32,000 nucleotides of DNA, taken from the NCBI RefSeq assembly GCF_036323395.1, contig NZ_AP028907.1:930001-962000 (forward strand), written 5' to 3'. The notes beneath the pieces are model-generated. The model searched no databases and was not told the DNA's origin. It worked only from the letters and a program-made list of their open reading frames with translations. A program made the position numbers and the translations under genes. This document shows positions 1-9,302 of this stretch, one piece after another (the first letter of the stretch is position 1; each line of letters starts with the position of its first letter). Origin of the DNA: Pyrodictium abyssi (lineage in GTDB: Archaea > Thermoproteota > Thermoprotei_A > Sulfolobales > Pyrodictiaceae).

Positions 1-692
1 GCCTCCTCGACTATCCTAGGCACGACGTGCATCCTCTTACGCCTTGTGAACCTCCCAACAGCCACTACCGTGAACCGGTCTTCGGGTATCCCTAGCCTCC
101 TCCGGGCCCTGTTCCTTTCCTCGGCTTCATGGGGCCTCCAGAAAGACGGGTCAACGGCATTCGGGACAATGTAGACTGGGTGGCCGTTAACGTTGAGGAG
201 CTTTCGAGAGTCTTTGGCTACCTTACGGCTTACCGCTATGTAGGCGTCTACGCGCCTAAGAAGGCGGCGAAGAATGTAGACTATAGGGATCGTCGAGTAG
301 CGCCAGCTAAAAAGCGAATGATTTGTGGCTACGACTGGCACGCCACGTATACCTCTAGAAAGGTTGGCTATAGCTATAGCCAGGGGAGAGTATATGCTGT
401 GGATATGCGTAATGTCGAAGCCAACCTCCTTGTATATACGGTTGGCTTCTATGAGCGAGCCAGCGCCAAGGCTTATATGGGCCGACTTTAGGTAGAATGT
501 CCCTCTAAGCCTGTGGACCGGGTAAGGGAAGGAGTCCCGGTAAGGTTTAAGCACCCTATAATCGTGGGTAAAGACGTGGGGCTCATGCCCCATCCTCTGT
601 AGAGCAAGTGCCAGCTCGTGTATGTGGGTCTCTATGCCGCCTACCTTGGGGTAAAACCAGTCCGACGCCAGCGCGATTTTAAGAGAGTCCAA
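1..692 (-). CDS. Glycosyltransferase family 4 (PIG-A/PimA-like), 3' end truncated by window edge
   Basis: Hand translation of the minus strand from TTG at 692: (M)DSLKIALASDWFYPKVGGIETHIHELALALQRMGHEPHVFTHDYR..., the typical GT4 N-terminus. Not in the supplied ORF list because it runs off the window. Confidence 0.82.
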   Translation of the reverse strand, partial: MDSLKIALASDWFYPKVGGIETHIHELALALQRMGHEPHVFTHDYRVLKPYRDSFPYPVHRLRGTFYLKSAHISLGAGSLIEANRIYKEVGFDITHIHSIYSPLAIAIANLSRGIRGVPVVATNHSLFSWRYSTIPIVYILRRLLRRVDAYIAVSRKVAKDSRKLLNVNGHPVYIVPNAVDPSFWRPHEAEERNRARRRLGIPEDRFTVVAVGRFTRRKRMHVVPRIVEE

Positions 693-1492
693 GCCTGCGG
701 GCCTCCGCCGATAACCACCACGAGGAGTCCAATTAGCGATGCGAAACCATAGGAGATAAGTCTCTCTATCATGACTAGAGCAAGAGCCACACTAGGCTCA
801 GCACCTAGAGCCACGAAGACCGCTGTAAGCCCACCCTCTACTATGCCAAGGCCACCGGGGGTGATAGCTAGTATGCCGACAACGAGGTACATCACCGATG
901 CTAGGGCGAAGCGGAGTAGTGGCGCTTCCCAGCCAACAGCTAGCGCAGCTGCGTACAGCCTAAGAACGTCAAATACCCACACCAGAGCGCTAAGAGCGAT
1001 AGTAGTGGCAAAGAGGCCTCTATCGCTTATGAGCCTTCTAACCGAAGCCTCTGTGTCCAACTGGTCGTCGAAGCCGAGCCTCTTAGCCGCTACGGCAAGT
1101 ATTCTATCCCAGTACTTCACGCCAACTATAGTGGCTATGACTATCAGCGCAAACCCGAGGAACACACCGAGAGGCCTATCACCCGAGAGGAGTGCCTCAG
1201 CAATAGATACAACAGCTAACGCTATAACTGGTATGGATTCACATATGCGCTCGAACGCTACGGTATTGAGCAGCTTTACCAGCGGCGCGCCCGTCTTCAC
1301 ATAAGCGTATAGTATCCTCATGAGTTCGCCGCCAGCCCGGGCGCTCGGAGTGATATTGTTAACCAGTATAGACGCCAGATACGCCGCCATGGAGTCCCAG
1401 AGCCGTAGCCTCACCCCGGCCCGCTGGAGCACAATCACCCAGCGGACAGCGTATATGAGAACAGACGCGAGGTAGAGTAGTAATGCAAGCAA
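641..1492 (-). CDS. Lysylphosphatidylglycerol synthase TM region / UPF0104 flippase-like membrane protein
   Basis: Multi-TM protein with typical GGxG motifs ('TPSARAGGELMR', 'TPGGLGIVEGG'); overlaps the downstream glycosyltransferase start. Confidence 0.8.
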   Translation of the reverse strand: MLALLLYLASVLIYAVRWVIVLQRAGVRLRLWDSMAAYLASILVNNITPSARAGGELMRILYAYVKTGAPLVKLLNTVAFERICESIPVIALAVVSIAEALLSGDRPLGVFLGFALIVIATIVGVKYWDRILAVAAKRLGFDDQLDTEASVRRLISDRGLFATTIALSALVWVFDVLRLYAAALAVGWEAPLLRFALASVMYLVVGILAITPGGLGIVEGGLTAVFVALGAEPSVALALVMIERLISYGFASLIGLLVVVIGGGPQAWTLLKSRWRRTGFTPR

Positions 1493-1716
1493 GATATACG
1501 CTGCATCAGCCTCGGCGAGGACCCTGAGGGAGCCCCGGATCCAGCCTAGTGCCTCCAGGGCATTTCACCGCTACGTCCCTTTACATGCCTATTAAGGCCA
1601 TGCAGCGAGGCGGCAGCGAGAACCCTATATTTAGCCTAATCTGGGGCTCCATGATGTGCGTCTAAATTACGTAGAGCCGGGCTCCGGGGACCGGCGTGTC
1701 CAGGGCCCAAAAGACG

Positions 1717-2508
1717 TTAGCGCTTAATGAACTCGAGTAACGAGGCGGCGCCACCGCGGCGTTTCTCGCGCTTAGCTTCACGATACAGCTTTGCAACATC
1801 TATGTGGCGGTACTCCAGGCCGAGGCTAGTGAGTAGTGAGAGAGCGTCCTTGGTTATCGCTGGCGCGGCCAGAATTCCTCTAACCTTGGCCTCTGGGTTG
1901 GCCTTGCGGAAGTTCTCTACGTATCTATGGAGCTGTTTGACTGCTTCAAGCCCCGCTGTGACGCGCTTAACCTCTATCACTACGTAGCGGCCCTCGGAAT
2001 CCACGGCCACCATGTCCGCGTAGCCGCTTTCTAAAGGTCGCTCCCTCCTAATAATCCTTAGACCCTCCTCTACAACCTCTGGATGGCGTGCAAGATAGTC
2101 GGCTATCTCTCCCTCATCGAGGTACTCTATGAACTCTGCATCGTCTACGAGCCCGTGCACGGCGATGGCGAAGTATACTTTGGATATTGTTACCTCGAGG
2201 ACTTCTCTCGGCCTCTTTCTCACACTCCGGAACAATATTGAATTGTCCTGCCGTTCAACGGTTATCACATGGCTATCCGGCTGCCAGTTTACAGGAGAAT
2301 ACCCAGTAGGCCTATGGACTAGTACAGCACCATCCGGCTTGACTATTATGAGGCGGTCACCCTCGCCAAGCCTACTTGCTCCACGCCCCTCATAGACCAC
2401 GCTGCACCTAGCAGCAACTACTAACAGGTCGCGCTGCACAATAGCAGAGTTGATGAAGTCGTAGCCAGCAGCTAGGTCTGGGTCAACAATGTACCTAACC
2501 GACGCCAT
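1717..2508 (-). CDS. nucS: Endonuclease NucS
   Basis: 263 aa; C-terminal nuclease core 'RPLESGYADMVAVDSEGRYVVIEVKR' and N-terminal NucS-like domain. Confidence 0.9.
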   Translation of the reverse strand: MASVRYIVDPDLAAGYDFINSAIVQRDLLVVAARCSVVYEGRGASRLGEGDRLIIVKPDGAVLVHRPTGYSPVNWQPDSHVITVERQDNSILFRSVRKRPREVLEVTISKVYFAIAVHGLVDDAEFIEYLDEGEIADYLARHPEVVEEGLRIIRRERPLESGYADMVAVDSEGRYVVIEVKRVTAGLEAVKQLHRYVENFRKANPEAKVRGILAAPAITKDALSLLTSLGLEYRHIDVAKLYREAKREKRRGGAASLLEFIKR

Positions 2509-2726
2509 ATGCGTGCACGCCCACTGTCCTTAGGAGGCCTGCACTAGAGGGGCTCAGCACAACTCTTGTCCATAAAGCTAGGAGACTGCGCGGCAGGGTT
2601 CAAGAGGCTTGAGCCCTAACGCCTAGAAGGCAGCCCCTGGGGCAGAGAACTAGGACACGGCAAGGCCCGGAACCCCGGGACGGGTCGGCACGGTGTAAAG
2701 GCTATGCAGCGGGGTTAAGAGGAACT

Positions 2727-3836
2727 ATGAGCTATGCTGCCCCTGCGCTGCTTGATACTAGGCTCTACCCCTTCCTAGCAGATCCCGTGGCGACGGCCCG
2801 CAGGAGATTCGGTGTAAGTCCTATCGAGGTGGCCCGGCGGCGCAGAGAGTATGTAGAGATAGCGTTCAAGCGGCTAGACGCAGCTCTTCGCCGCGCATTT
2901 ACACCGGGGCCGTGGCAGACACTAGAAGAGGAGGTACTCTCTTTCTACTACGCTGCGCTTGCTGCAGGCCTCTCGGGTAACAGGTGGGTAGTCTCACGCC
3001 TTGCTCTCGCCGAGGCCAACCGTGCGTACGAGCTGCTAAAAGACGAAAAGGACGAGGTAGTCGCGTACCTGGGCCGCTTGGTGGGCCTTAAGAGCCTCTC
3101 CTATGGGAGGAGCTATAGAGAGCCCATAGCTCTTGTCCGCGGTGTGCCTGTGTACCGTATCTACCCCTATTCGATGAACCTGATAGAGTATTTGCGTGCG
3201 GCACGGAGGCTCCTCGGAGACGATGCCTGGAAACCGATAAACTATCCAGTCAGAAAGGGCTTAATCTATCTGGAAAAACAACATGTACTGCGTATCGTTA
3301 AGGAGGTGCTAGTGGAATACATAGAGGATAAAATAAGAAGTTTCGGTAAAGATACTAGCCTAGAACTAGCCGAGCCCATAGCAGGGCTAATCGAGCACGT
3401 AAAGAAGGTGTTGTCGGAGAGGCAGAAGCCAAGGATACGGGGAACCCGCGTAGAGATACCCAAAGGCGTCGTCATTGAGGAGGCGTTTCCGCCATGCATG
3501 GCGGACCTAGCTAGCAGGGCCCGTAAAGGCGACCATCTCAGCCACCACGAGCGCTTCGCGCTAGCAACGTTCCTTCTCAATCTCGGCGCTGACGTAGAGT
3601 ACGTTCTAGACTACTTCCGCAACATGCCGGACTTTAACGAGAGAATAGCCAGGTACCAAGTAGAGCATTTAGCCGGGCTAAGAGGCTCGGGCAAGAAGTA
3701 CCGTGTGTATAGCTGCGAGAAGATGAAGACCCTAGGTATATGCAAGGCAGATTGTGGTACACGTAGCCCCATATCGGCATACTATAGGCGCATACGTTCG
3801 GTTGAGAAGCCAGCAGGGGGTAGCAACGGTAGCTAG
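2727..3836 (+). CDS. priL: DNA primase large subunit PriL
   Basis: N-terminal 'LYPFLADPVATARRRFG', C-terminal Fe-S domain cysteines in 'FPPCM', 'YSCEKMKTLGICKADC'. Confidence 0.88.
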   Translation: MSYAAPALLDTRLYPFLADPVATARRRFGVSPIEVARRRREYVEIAFKRLDAALRRAFTPGPWQTLEEEVLSFYYAALAAGLSGNRWVVSRLALAEANRAYELLKDEKDEVVAYLGRLVGLKSLSYGRSYREPIALVRGVPVYRIYPYSMNLIEYLRAARRLLGDDAWKPINYPVRKGLIYLEKQHVLRIVKEVLVEYIEDKIRSFGKDTSLELAEPIAGLIEHVKKVLSERQKPRIRGTRVEIPKGVVIEEAFPPCMADLASRARKGDHLSHHERFALATFLLNLGADVEYVLDYFRNMPDFNERIARYQVEHLAGLRGSGKKYRVYSCEKMKTLGICKADCGTRSPISAYYRRIRSVEKPAGGSNGS

Positions 3837-3967
3837 GATAAACAGCCGTGCCGGCGCATAAACACCTACCTAGAAGGTTTAAATCCCGGTAGTTAGCTGC
3901 TAAGTTAGCAAAAACGGTTGGGAATAAGCAACAACTACTATCACAGCCTCCCGGGGGCGGATGAGAC

Positions 3968-4210
3968 ATGCCCTCGGCTTGTGGTAGGTCAGCTGGCCCC
4001 GACGAGATGGACAAGGCTATACTCCGCGCGCTCAAGGAGATAGGTGGTCCAGCAAAGCCCAAGGACATAGCTGAGAAGGCTGGGCTTGACGCCCGCAGAG
4101 TAGCAGCTAAGATGAGGAAGCTAGTCCGGCTAGGCCTAGTAGAGCGCAGTGAAGAAGGGCTCTACAGCATTACGGACAACGGGTTAAAGCTCATCGAAGG
4201 ACAGGGCTGA
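3968..4210 (+). CDS. Small winged-helix DNA-binding protein (ArsR/MarR-like wHTH)
   Basis: Winged-helix pattern 'KPKDIAEKAGLDARRVAAKMRKLVRLGLVERSEEGLYSITDNGLKLI'; the start may be the internal ATG at 4007. Confidence 0.7.
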   Translation: MPSACGRSAGPDEMDKAILRALKEIGGPAKPKDIAEKAGLDARRVAAKMRKLVRLGLVERSEEGLYSITDNGLKLIEGQG

Positions 4211-4411
4211 CCCTCTTCTCACAGTGCACGACGCGTCAACCTTCAACGTGTTTTTAGCCGGCTATGGTCTGGGATCCGGGTCTCTCAGCTTATACGATGT
4301 ATCCTGCTTTGTGCCGGTATTTTAGAAGTCTTACACTGCTCGGTCGCGTGAGAGCGATTGTAGCTCAGAAGGAGTGCATGTGGGCTTGGCGCGGGAGGTG
4401 GCTTCCGCTCT

Positions 4412-4431
4412 AGTACTACTGTAGTAGTACT
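4412..4431. repeat. Perfect 8-bp inverted repeat AGTACTAC-TGTA-GTAGTACT
   Basis: Directly read; sits between the convergent wHTH and S25e genes, 25 nt past the S25e stop. Confidence 0.7.
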
Positions 4432-4455
4432 GTGCTAAAAGAAAGCGTGCCGGGT

Positions 4456-4692
4456 TTACTGGCCAGCTTTAACTATATAGATTGGTGCCCTCCTGTTGGG
4501 AGCGTACAGCTCGACTATGCCTTCCTTTTCGAGTCTGCGCAGAACCTGCTTGGCCAGGCTTACTGTCATGTTGTACTTCTCTGCGACCATGTACGGTGTA
4601 ACGAACTTCTCCTTCTTTATCTCTCTGCTTATCCTCTTATAGAGCCCCTCGGGGACGAATGCAGTATACTCGCGGCCGCTGCGCTCGGACAC
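4456..4692 (-). CDS. rps25e: 30S ribosomal protein S25e
   Basis: 'EYTAFVPEGLYKRISREIKKEKFVTPYMVAEKYNMTVSLAKQVLRRLEKEGIVELYAPNRRAPIYI' is typical archaeal S25e. Confidence 0.85.
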   Translation of the reverse strand: MSERSGREYTAFVPEGLYKRISREIKKEKFVTPYMVAEKYNMTVSLAKQVLRRLEKEGIVELYAPNRRAPIYIVKAGQ

Positions 4693-4891
4693 GCCACTAC
4701 CCCCAGATGAGGAGGGTGCCAGTAGCCTCTCCGGGTATAAGTACTAACGCCCCGGTGGAACGGGGCTAGACACTGCTATAGAGTATGGCCTAGGGAGCCC
4801 CAGGATCCCCGAAGACGCTGGCATAGCCTTCCGGGCATAGAGGGCTCTATAGAGGTGGCGGAGCCTGGTACCAGCAGCGGGAGGCCGAGTC

Positions 4892-6919
4892 TTGATAAAG
4901 CGGAAGCGCTCAATGACGAGCTTCGACGTGGCGGCTGTGGTGCAGGAGCTAAGCCAGCTCCAGGGCCTCAGGCTTAACAACATATACCATGTCGGAGAAG
5001 TGATACTACTCCGACTCAAGGGGCCTGGAAGAGACGCAAGAGTCGCGATAGTTCCTGGCGAACGTATACACATCACTTCCTTCGATGTCAGCGATAAGGG
5101 TATGCCACCACCCTTCATAATGGGTATAAGAAAGCATATACGTGGCGCAAGCCTCGTAGAGGTCAGGCAACACGGCTTCGACAGGATAGTAGAGATGGTT
5201 TTTGAGAACAGCGGCCGCCGGTACAAGCTCATAGCCGAGATTCTCCCCCGCGGCGTAGCGGTGCTCGTAGACGAGAACGGGAGAATTCTCCAGCTCGACG
5301 AGCAACGGGTCATGAAGGATAGAGTGCTAAAGCGTGGCGCCAGCTACGTCCCGCCGCCAGGCTCGAGTCTCCACCCCCTAGAACTAAGCGTAGAACATGT
5401 AGCCAGCGCTGTAGAGAACGATGGTGAGGCGGTACGCGTCCTCTCTAGAGCCCTTGGCTACCCCGGCGAGGTGGTCGAGGAGGCGCTGGCAAGACTCGGC
5501 GTAGAGCCCTCAGATAGCACAGCAGCCCTCCAGGGGCGTGAAGAAGAACTCGTTAAAACAATCCGGGCTATATACATGGAGGCGGTAGGGCCTGGAGCCT
5601 ACATCCTCTACGACGAGAAGGACTCGCCGCTAACAGTAGTGCCTTTTGAGCCTAGAGGGCTCGTAGAACGGTACAGGCTGAGGACTGTAGCAAAACAGAG
5701 TATTAGCGAAGCGCTGGACCAGTACTTCGTCGAGGAGCTCCGGAGGCTAGAGGCAGACGCAGCAACACGGGAGATAGAGGCCGAGCGCAGAAAGCTGCTA
5801 GCCTCCCTAGAGAAGGCTAGGCAAAACCTCAGCGAGCTAGAAGACAAGCTAAAGACCCTCGAGAAGAGAGCCCAGCTGCTCGCAGAACACATGGCAGAGG
5901 CTTACGAGGCTCTAGAGTGTGCTAGGAGGCTCAGAGAAACAAGTGGCTGGGAACACATACCGGGTAACTGCCCACATGTGGTTGATGTGCAGCCGTCCCG
6001 TGGCGTACTAGTTCTGCAGCTCGGAGATGGGCTGGTAGAGGTCGACATTAGGAGCGACCCGAGCCGCCTCATTGTAGAGATCTACCGCCGGGTAGGCGAG
6101 GTACGCGCAAAGATAGAGCGGGGCCGCCAGGCAGTCAAGGAGGTCGAGCAAAAGCTAGCAGAGCTAGAGAAGAAGGCACTAATGAAAGCGAAGAAGGCGC
6201 GCGCAGTTGTGAGGCGCCGCGAGTGGTACGAGCGATACCACTGGCTCATCACGAGCAACGGGTTGCTGGCCATAGGCGGGCGGGATGCAAGCCAGAACGA
6301 GTCAGTTGTCAAGAGATACCTTAACGACAAGAGGATATTCATGCACGCGGATATACATGGAGCGCCGGCAGTTGTACTGTTCGCGGAGGGCCGAGAACCC
6401 CCGGAGGAAGACCTACATGAGGCAGCCCTGCTCACAGCAGCGTACTCAAAGGCCTGGAAAGCTGGTGTGGGCTCCGTAGACGTCTACTGGGTCTGGGGCA
6501 GCCAGGTCTCGAAGTCGCCGCCGCCTGGCGAGTACCTGGCCCGCGGAGCCTTCATGGTGTATGGTAAGAGGAACTATATACGCAACGTGGAGCTAAAGCT
6601 CGCGGTTGGTGTAGGATCAGAGGATGGGGCTCCCGTAGTCATAGTAGGGCCGGCAGATCTCGTCCGTAGACGCAGCCTAGTATACGCCGTCCTTGTGCCA
6701 GGGGATGAGGACCCGTCAAAGCTTGCCCAGCGCCTGAAGAGGCTGCTTGCCAACAAGGCTGCAGAGGAGTACAGGCCTATAATAGAGGCGCTGAGGCACG
6801 ACGAGATTAGAGAGAGGCTGCCGGGCCGGTCGAGAATAGTGTACATCGGCCGGGGTGAAGCCGTTGAGCCACCGAGACCCCTTAGAGTCCTACGTGGAGA
6901 AGAGAGTCCAGAAGCTTAA
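4892..6919 (+). CDS. rqcH: NFACT family protein / Rqc2-RqcH homolog (ribosome-associated quality control)
   Basis: NFACT-N start 'MTSFDVAAVVQELSQLQGLRLNNIYHVG', central coiled coil, NFACT-R 'RWLITSNGLLAIGGRDASQNE...HADIHGAP'. Confidence 0.88.
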   Translation: MIKRKRSMTSFDVAAVVQELSQLQGLRLNNIYHVGEVILLRLKGPGRDARVAIVPGERIHITSFDVSDKGMPPPFIMGIRKHIRGASLVEVRQHGFDRIVEMVFENSGRRYKLIAEILPRGVAVLVDENGRILQLDEQRVMKDRVLKRGASYVPPPGSSLHPLELSVEHVASAVENDGEAVRVLSRALGYPGEVVEEALARLGVEPSDSTAALQGREEELVKTIRAIYMEAVGPGAYILYDEKDSPLTVVPFEPRGLVERYRLRTVAKQSISEALDQYFVEELRRLEADAATREIEAERRKLLASLEKARQNLSELEDKLKTLEKRAQLLAEHMAEAYEALECARRLRETSGWEHIPGNCPHVVDVQPSRGVLVLQLGDGLVEVDIRSDPSRLIVEIYRRVGEVRAKIERGRQAVKEVEQKLAELEKKALMKAKKARAVVRRREWYERYHWLITSNGLLAIGGRDASQNESVVKRYLNDKRIFMHADIHGAPAVVLFAEGREPPEEDLHEAALLTAAYSKAWKAGVGSVDVYWVWGSQVSKSPPPGEYLARGAFMVYGKRNYIRNVELKLAVGVGSEDGAPVVIVGPADLVRRRSLVYAVLVPGDEDPSKLAQRLKRLLANKAAEEYRPIIEALRHDEIRERLPGRSRIVYIGRGEAVEPPRPLRVLRGEESPEA

Positions 6920-7154
6920 GCTCTCAGCAATCCGGATAACGCTAGGCATAGTAGCCGGCCTCTCCGCGGCGGTAATACCGGGTGGCTGCCTTACGGGCCT
7001 CGCAATATACTCGCTAATGCTTCTAGCCAGCAGTCTTTACGCGGAGAAGAGGTATAGCCTGCTTGAGGGCTACGAGGCGTACACAACGGGGCTAGTAAGC
7101 GGGCTCGCAGCCTACGTGCTTGGCGTTTTCCTCGCCTCCGGGCTCGCCTCCTAG
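6855..7154 (+). CDS. Small two/three-TM protein resembling the EMC6 family
   Basis: 99 aa; 'IRITLGIVAGLSAAVIPGGCLTGLAIYSLMLLASSLYAEKRYSLLEGYEAYTTGLVSGLAAYVLGVFLASGLA' resembles the EMC6 pattern of an N-terminal helix followed by 'FTGGLxGGLxTYVLFWTFLYG'. It overlaps the rqcH 3' end. Confidence 0.55.
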   Translation: MKPLSHRDPLESYVEKRVQKLKLSAIRITLGIVAGLSAAVIPGGCLTGLAIYSLMLLASSLYAEKRYSLLEGYEAYTTGLVSGLAAYVLGVFLASGLAS

Positions 7155-7166
7155 AAACCCTTACCC

Positions 7167-7787
7167 CTATTCTAGCTCCCGTGCCTCCTCATAGCCGAGC
7201 CCACGCGCCAAAAGCTCCTCGAGACCTGGCGCGAAGAGAGGCCGCCCACCCACGAGAGGGTAGGAGAAGGGCAGCTCTACCTCAACAGACACTAGGTCGT
7301 CAAGCGGGATCTCGACGCGAGGGTTGTGTACAAGCGGCACGCTAGAGGGATGCACCCCCTGCAGCGCCTTTAACGCGACGTAGACGGCGCCGTCTATGCT
7401 CAGCTGTTGTGGGCCTAGGCTACGCGCTAGCATACCCTCAGCCCGGCTAGTCAGCATCTCCCACGTGCGGCGGCGCGGCGGATGATCGCCGAGGATGCCT
7501 CCGACAACTATGGCGTCGGCTCTAGCAGCTTCCTCGGGGTCTAACAGCCTGTCAGCCGAAGGGTCGAGAATTATCACGCGGCCGCGCTCTGTATAGAGTA
7601 TGCCTTCGAGGTCAAGGATGCTCTCACGGTAGCAGGGGGCTATCTCTGCTAGCTTGCCGCAGTACTCTCTGCCGTTTGTGAATACGAGGCGGTTGTTAGC
7701 TAAGCTCTTCGCGTGCCGGTATTCCAGCATTAGCCAGCGTGAGACGTGATCCTCAAGATGCTCTATCACTATTAGCGGCTTCGCCAC
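7167..7787 (-). CDS. SPOUT superfamily methyltransferase, SFM1/DUF431-like
   Basis: 'LIVIEHLEDHVSRWLMLEYRHA', 'LLDP..AIVVGGILGDHPPRRRTWEML', 'GPQQLSIDGAVYVA'. The ORF opens at 7829, but GTG at 7787 gives a family-like N-terminus. Confidence 0.72.
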   Translation of the reverse strand: MAKPLIVIEHLEDHVSRWLMLEYRHAKSLANNRLVFTNGREYCGKLAEIAPCYRESILDLEGILYTERGRVIILDPSADRLLDPEEAARADAIVVGGILGDHPPRRRTWEMLTSRAEGMLARSLGPQQLSIDGAVYVALKALQGVHPSSVPLVHNPRVEIPLDDLVSVEVELPFSYPLVGGRPLFAPGLEELLARGLGYEEARELE

Positions 7788-8655
7788 CTGATCTCCATAG
7801 TTCTTTACGGAGGGCTTCGAGAGGCTCATAGCTTACACCCATGAACTCAGCCGCTGATAGTATCCTCCCACATGAGGCCCGTAGTGCTTCAAGATGCCGG
7901 GGGTACTCTATGTCTCTTGCGAAATGGTGGTCAGCCACCACTGCGTCTCTGGCGACGCGGCAAAGCGTTTTTAGATTCTCGAGCCCCTTTTTGACGCTCT
8001 CCGCGTCTATCTTGTATCCATCAAAATAGGTTGGAGGCCCGCTTAGAAACACGATGTCTGGACGCCACTTGCTGAGCACCTCTAAAGGCCTAGAGGAAAT
8101 GGGCCCCTGGATATCTGAGGCGTGGACGAAGGATGAATCACAGCACTTAATCATAACCATGACAACGTAGCCTAGCTTTGTGCCGTCAGGGCCGTGAGGC
8201 ATGGGCGGTGAGCCGTGTATCTCCAGCCCCCTGTCCACCACGTAGACGTTGTTGTCAATGTGTACTACTTCCTTAGCTAGCTCGGCTACACGGCTGCGCT
8301 TCAACAAGCGATGAGCACGGATACGCTGGCTCACATTTATGTTGCTCGTAGGATGCTTCACTAGTAGCACTTTGCCACGGTATAGCTCAGCTTCTTCACC
8401 GTGGTACAGGTAGTGGTCGTAATGGTAGTGCGTGATAACAATTATATCGGTATCCTCTAGCTCGCGATATATGCGTTCCCGTATCTCTTCGAGCCTCCTA
8501 AGCTCGACAGGATGCGGTGGGAGACCGTAGCGACGGGGCGCAAAGCTCACGCCAGGGTCTACAAATATCTTGACGCCGCCAGCCTCGACTACCGTGGCCA
8601 TTGAGCGGGAGCCGAAGCTGTCAGCACCGATTATCCTTACCCGTAGCTCCGTCAA
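7753..8655 (-). CDS. MBL-fold metallo-hydrolase, UPF0282 family
   Basis: 'RIIGADSFGSRSMATVVEAGGVKIFVDPGVSFAPRRYGLPPHPVE' and 'THYHYDHY'. The ORF extends to 8778, but the TTG at 8655 matches the family N-terminus. Confidence 0.82.
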   Translation of the reverse strand: MTELRVRIIGADSFGSRSMATVVEAGGVKIFVDPGVSFAPRRYGLPPHPVELRRLEEIRERIYRELEDTDIIVITHYHYDHYLYHGEEAELYRGKVLLVKHPTSNINVSQRIRAHRLLKRSRVAELAKEVVHIDNNVYVVDRGLEIHGSPPMPHGPDGTKLGYVVMVMIKCCDSSFVHASDIQGPISSRPLEVLSKWRPDIVFLSGPPTYFDGYKIDAESVKKGLENLKTLCRVARDAVVADHHFARDIEYPRHLEALRASCGRILSAAEFMGVSYEPLEALRKELWRSGGEAANSDRAS

Positions 8656-8833
8656 GGGTGGAGCCCCAGCCCCGGCTAGAGGACGGGTCGTTCGGCGAGA
8701 AAGGTGGTTCGGTGGCGGCCGCCAGGCATAGCTATCCTCACAGCGTGGCACATGGCTCGGCTGAGGGGAAGGCTCCACACCGATCCACTAGCCCTTATGC
8801 TGTGCCGGGTAGTAATTAGCGCTACTGGTGCCC

Positions 8834-9277
8834 CTACTCCTCTACGACCTTATAGCCCTCGAAGACCCAGCGATACTTCTCGTAGACGCGCTTGTCTATT
8901 ATTACGTCGCGCCCGTCTATGCTGAATCTTAGCCCAGCGATAGGGTGGGACGGGGGGTCAGGGTAGCCGGCCAGCTCTGGAGGCTTCTCTCTGCCGACGT
9001 AAATCCACTTTACTCTCGATGTCTTACCAGACTTGCCTGCGTAGACTACACGCCACCAGTACCTGCCAATGTAGTAGTATGTTCGCCGCCCCTCAGAGGT
9101 ATTCCTTGAAACCACGTGGAGGGGTTTTAGGTAGAAGCCGGTATCGCGTATAAGGCTGTTGTACCGGTATATACTGTGCCTATATTCCTCAAGGAACTTC
9201 TCCACCGCCTCCAGGCCATTGATTATGCGTAAGCGCTTGCGTCCGGGCATTGCGGCAGACCCATGCATAGCATACAA
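8834..9277 (-). CDS. Hypothetical archaeal protein
   Basis: 147 aa ORF in the same direction as its neighbours, basic/aromatic-rich sequence ('TYYYIGRYWWRVVYAGKSGKTSRVKWIYVG'); family not recognised. Confidence 0.6.
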   Translation of the reverse strand: MYAMHGSAAMPGRKRLRIINGLEAVEKFLEEYRHSIYRYNSLIRDTGFYLKPLHVVSRNTSEGRRTYYYIGRYWWRVVYAGKSGKTSRVKWIYVGREKPPELAGYPDPPSHPIAGLRFSIDGRDVIIDKRVYEKYRWVFEGYKVVEE

Positions 9278-9302
9278 AATATCTGCTGGGATAGGAGAGC
9301 GG

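Noticed and set aside
129-491. 120-aa plus-strand ORF
   Set aside because: It lies antisense to a convincing glycosyltransferase frame (1..692 minus).
4349-4400. tRNA-like D-arm 'gcgattgtagctcagaaggag'
   Set aside because: No matching anticodon or T arm or acceptor 3' strand follows.
4432-4710. 92-aa plus-strand ORF
   Set aside because: It is antisense to ribosomal protein S25e.
4744-5313. 189-aa minus-strand ORF
   Set aside because: It is antisense to the conserved NFACT N-terminus; its low-complexity Ser/Leu/Pro composition is typical of shadow ORFs.
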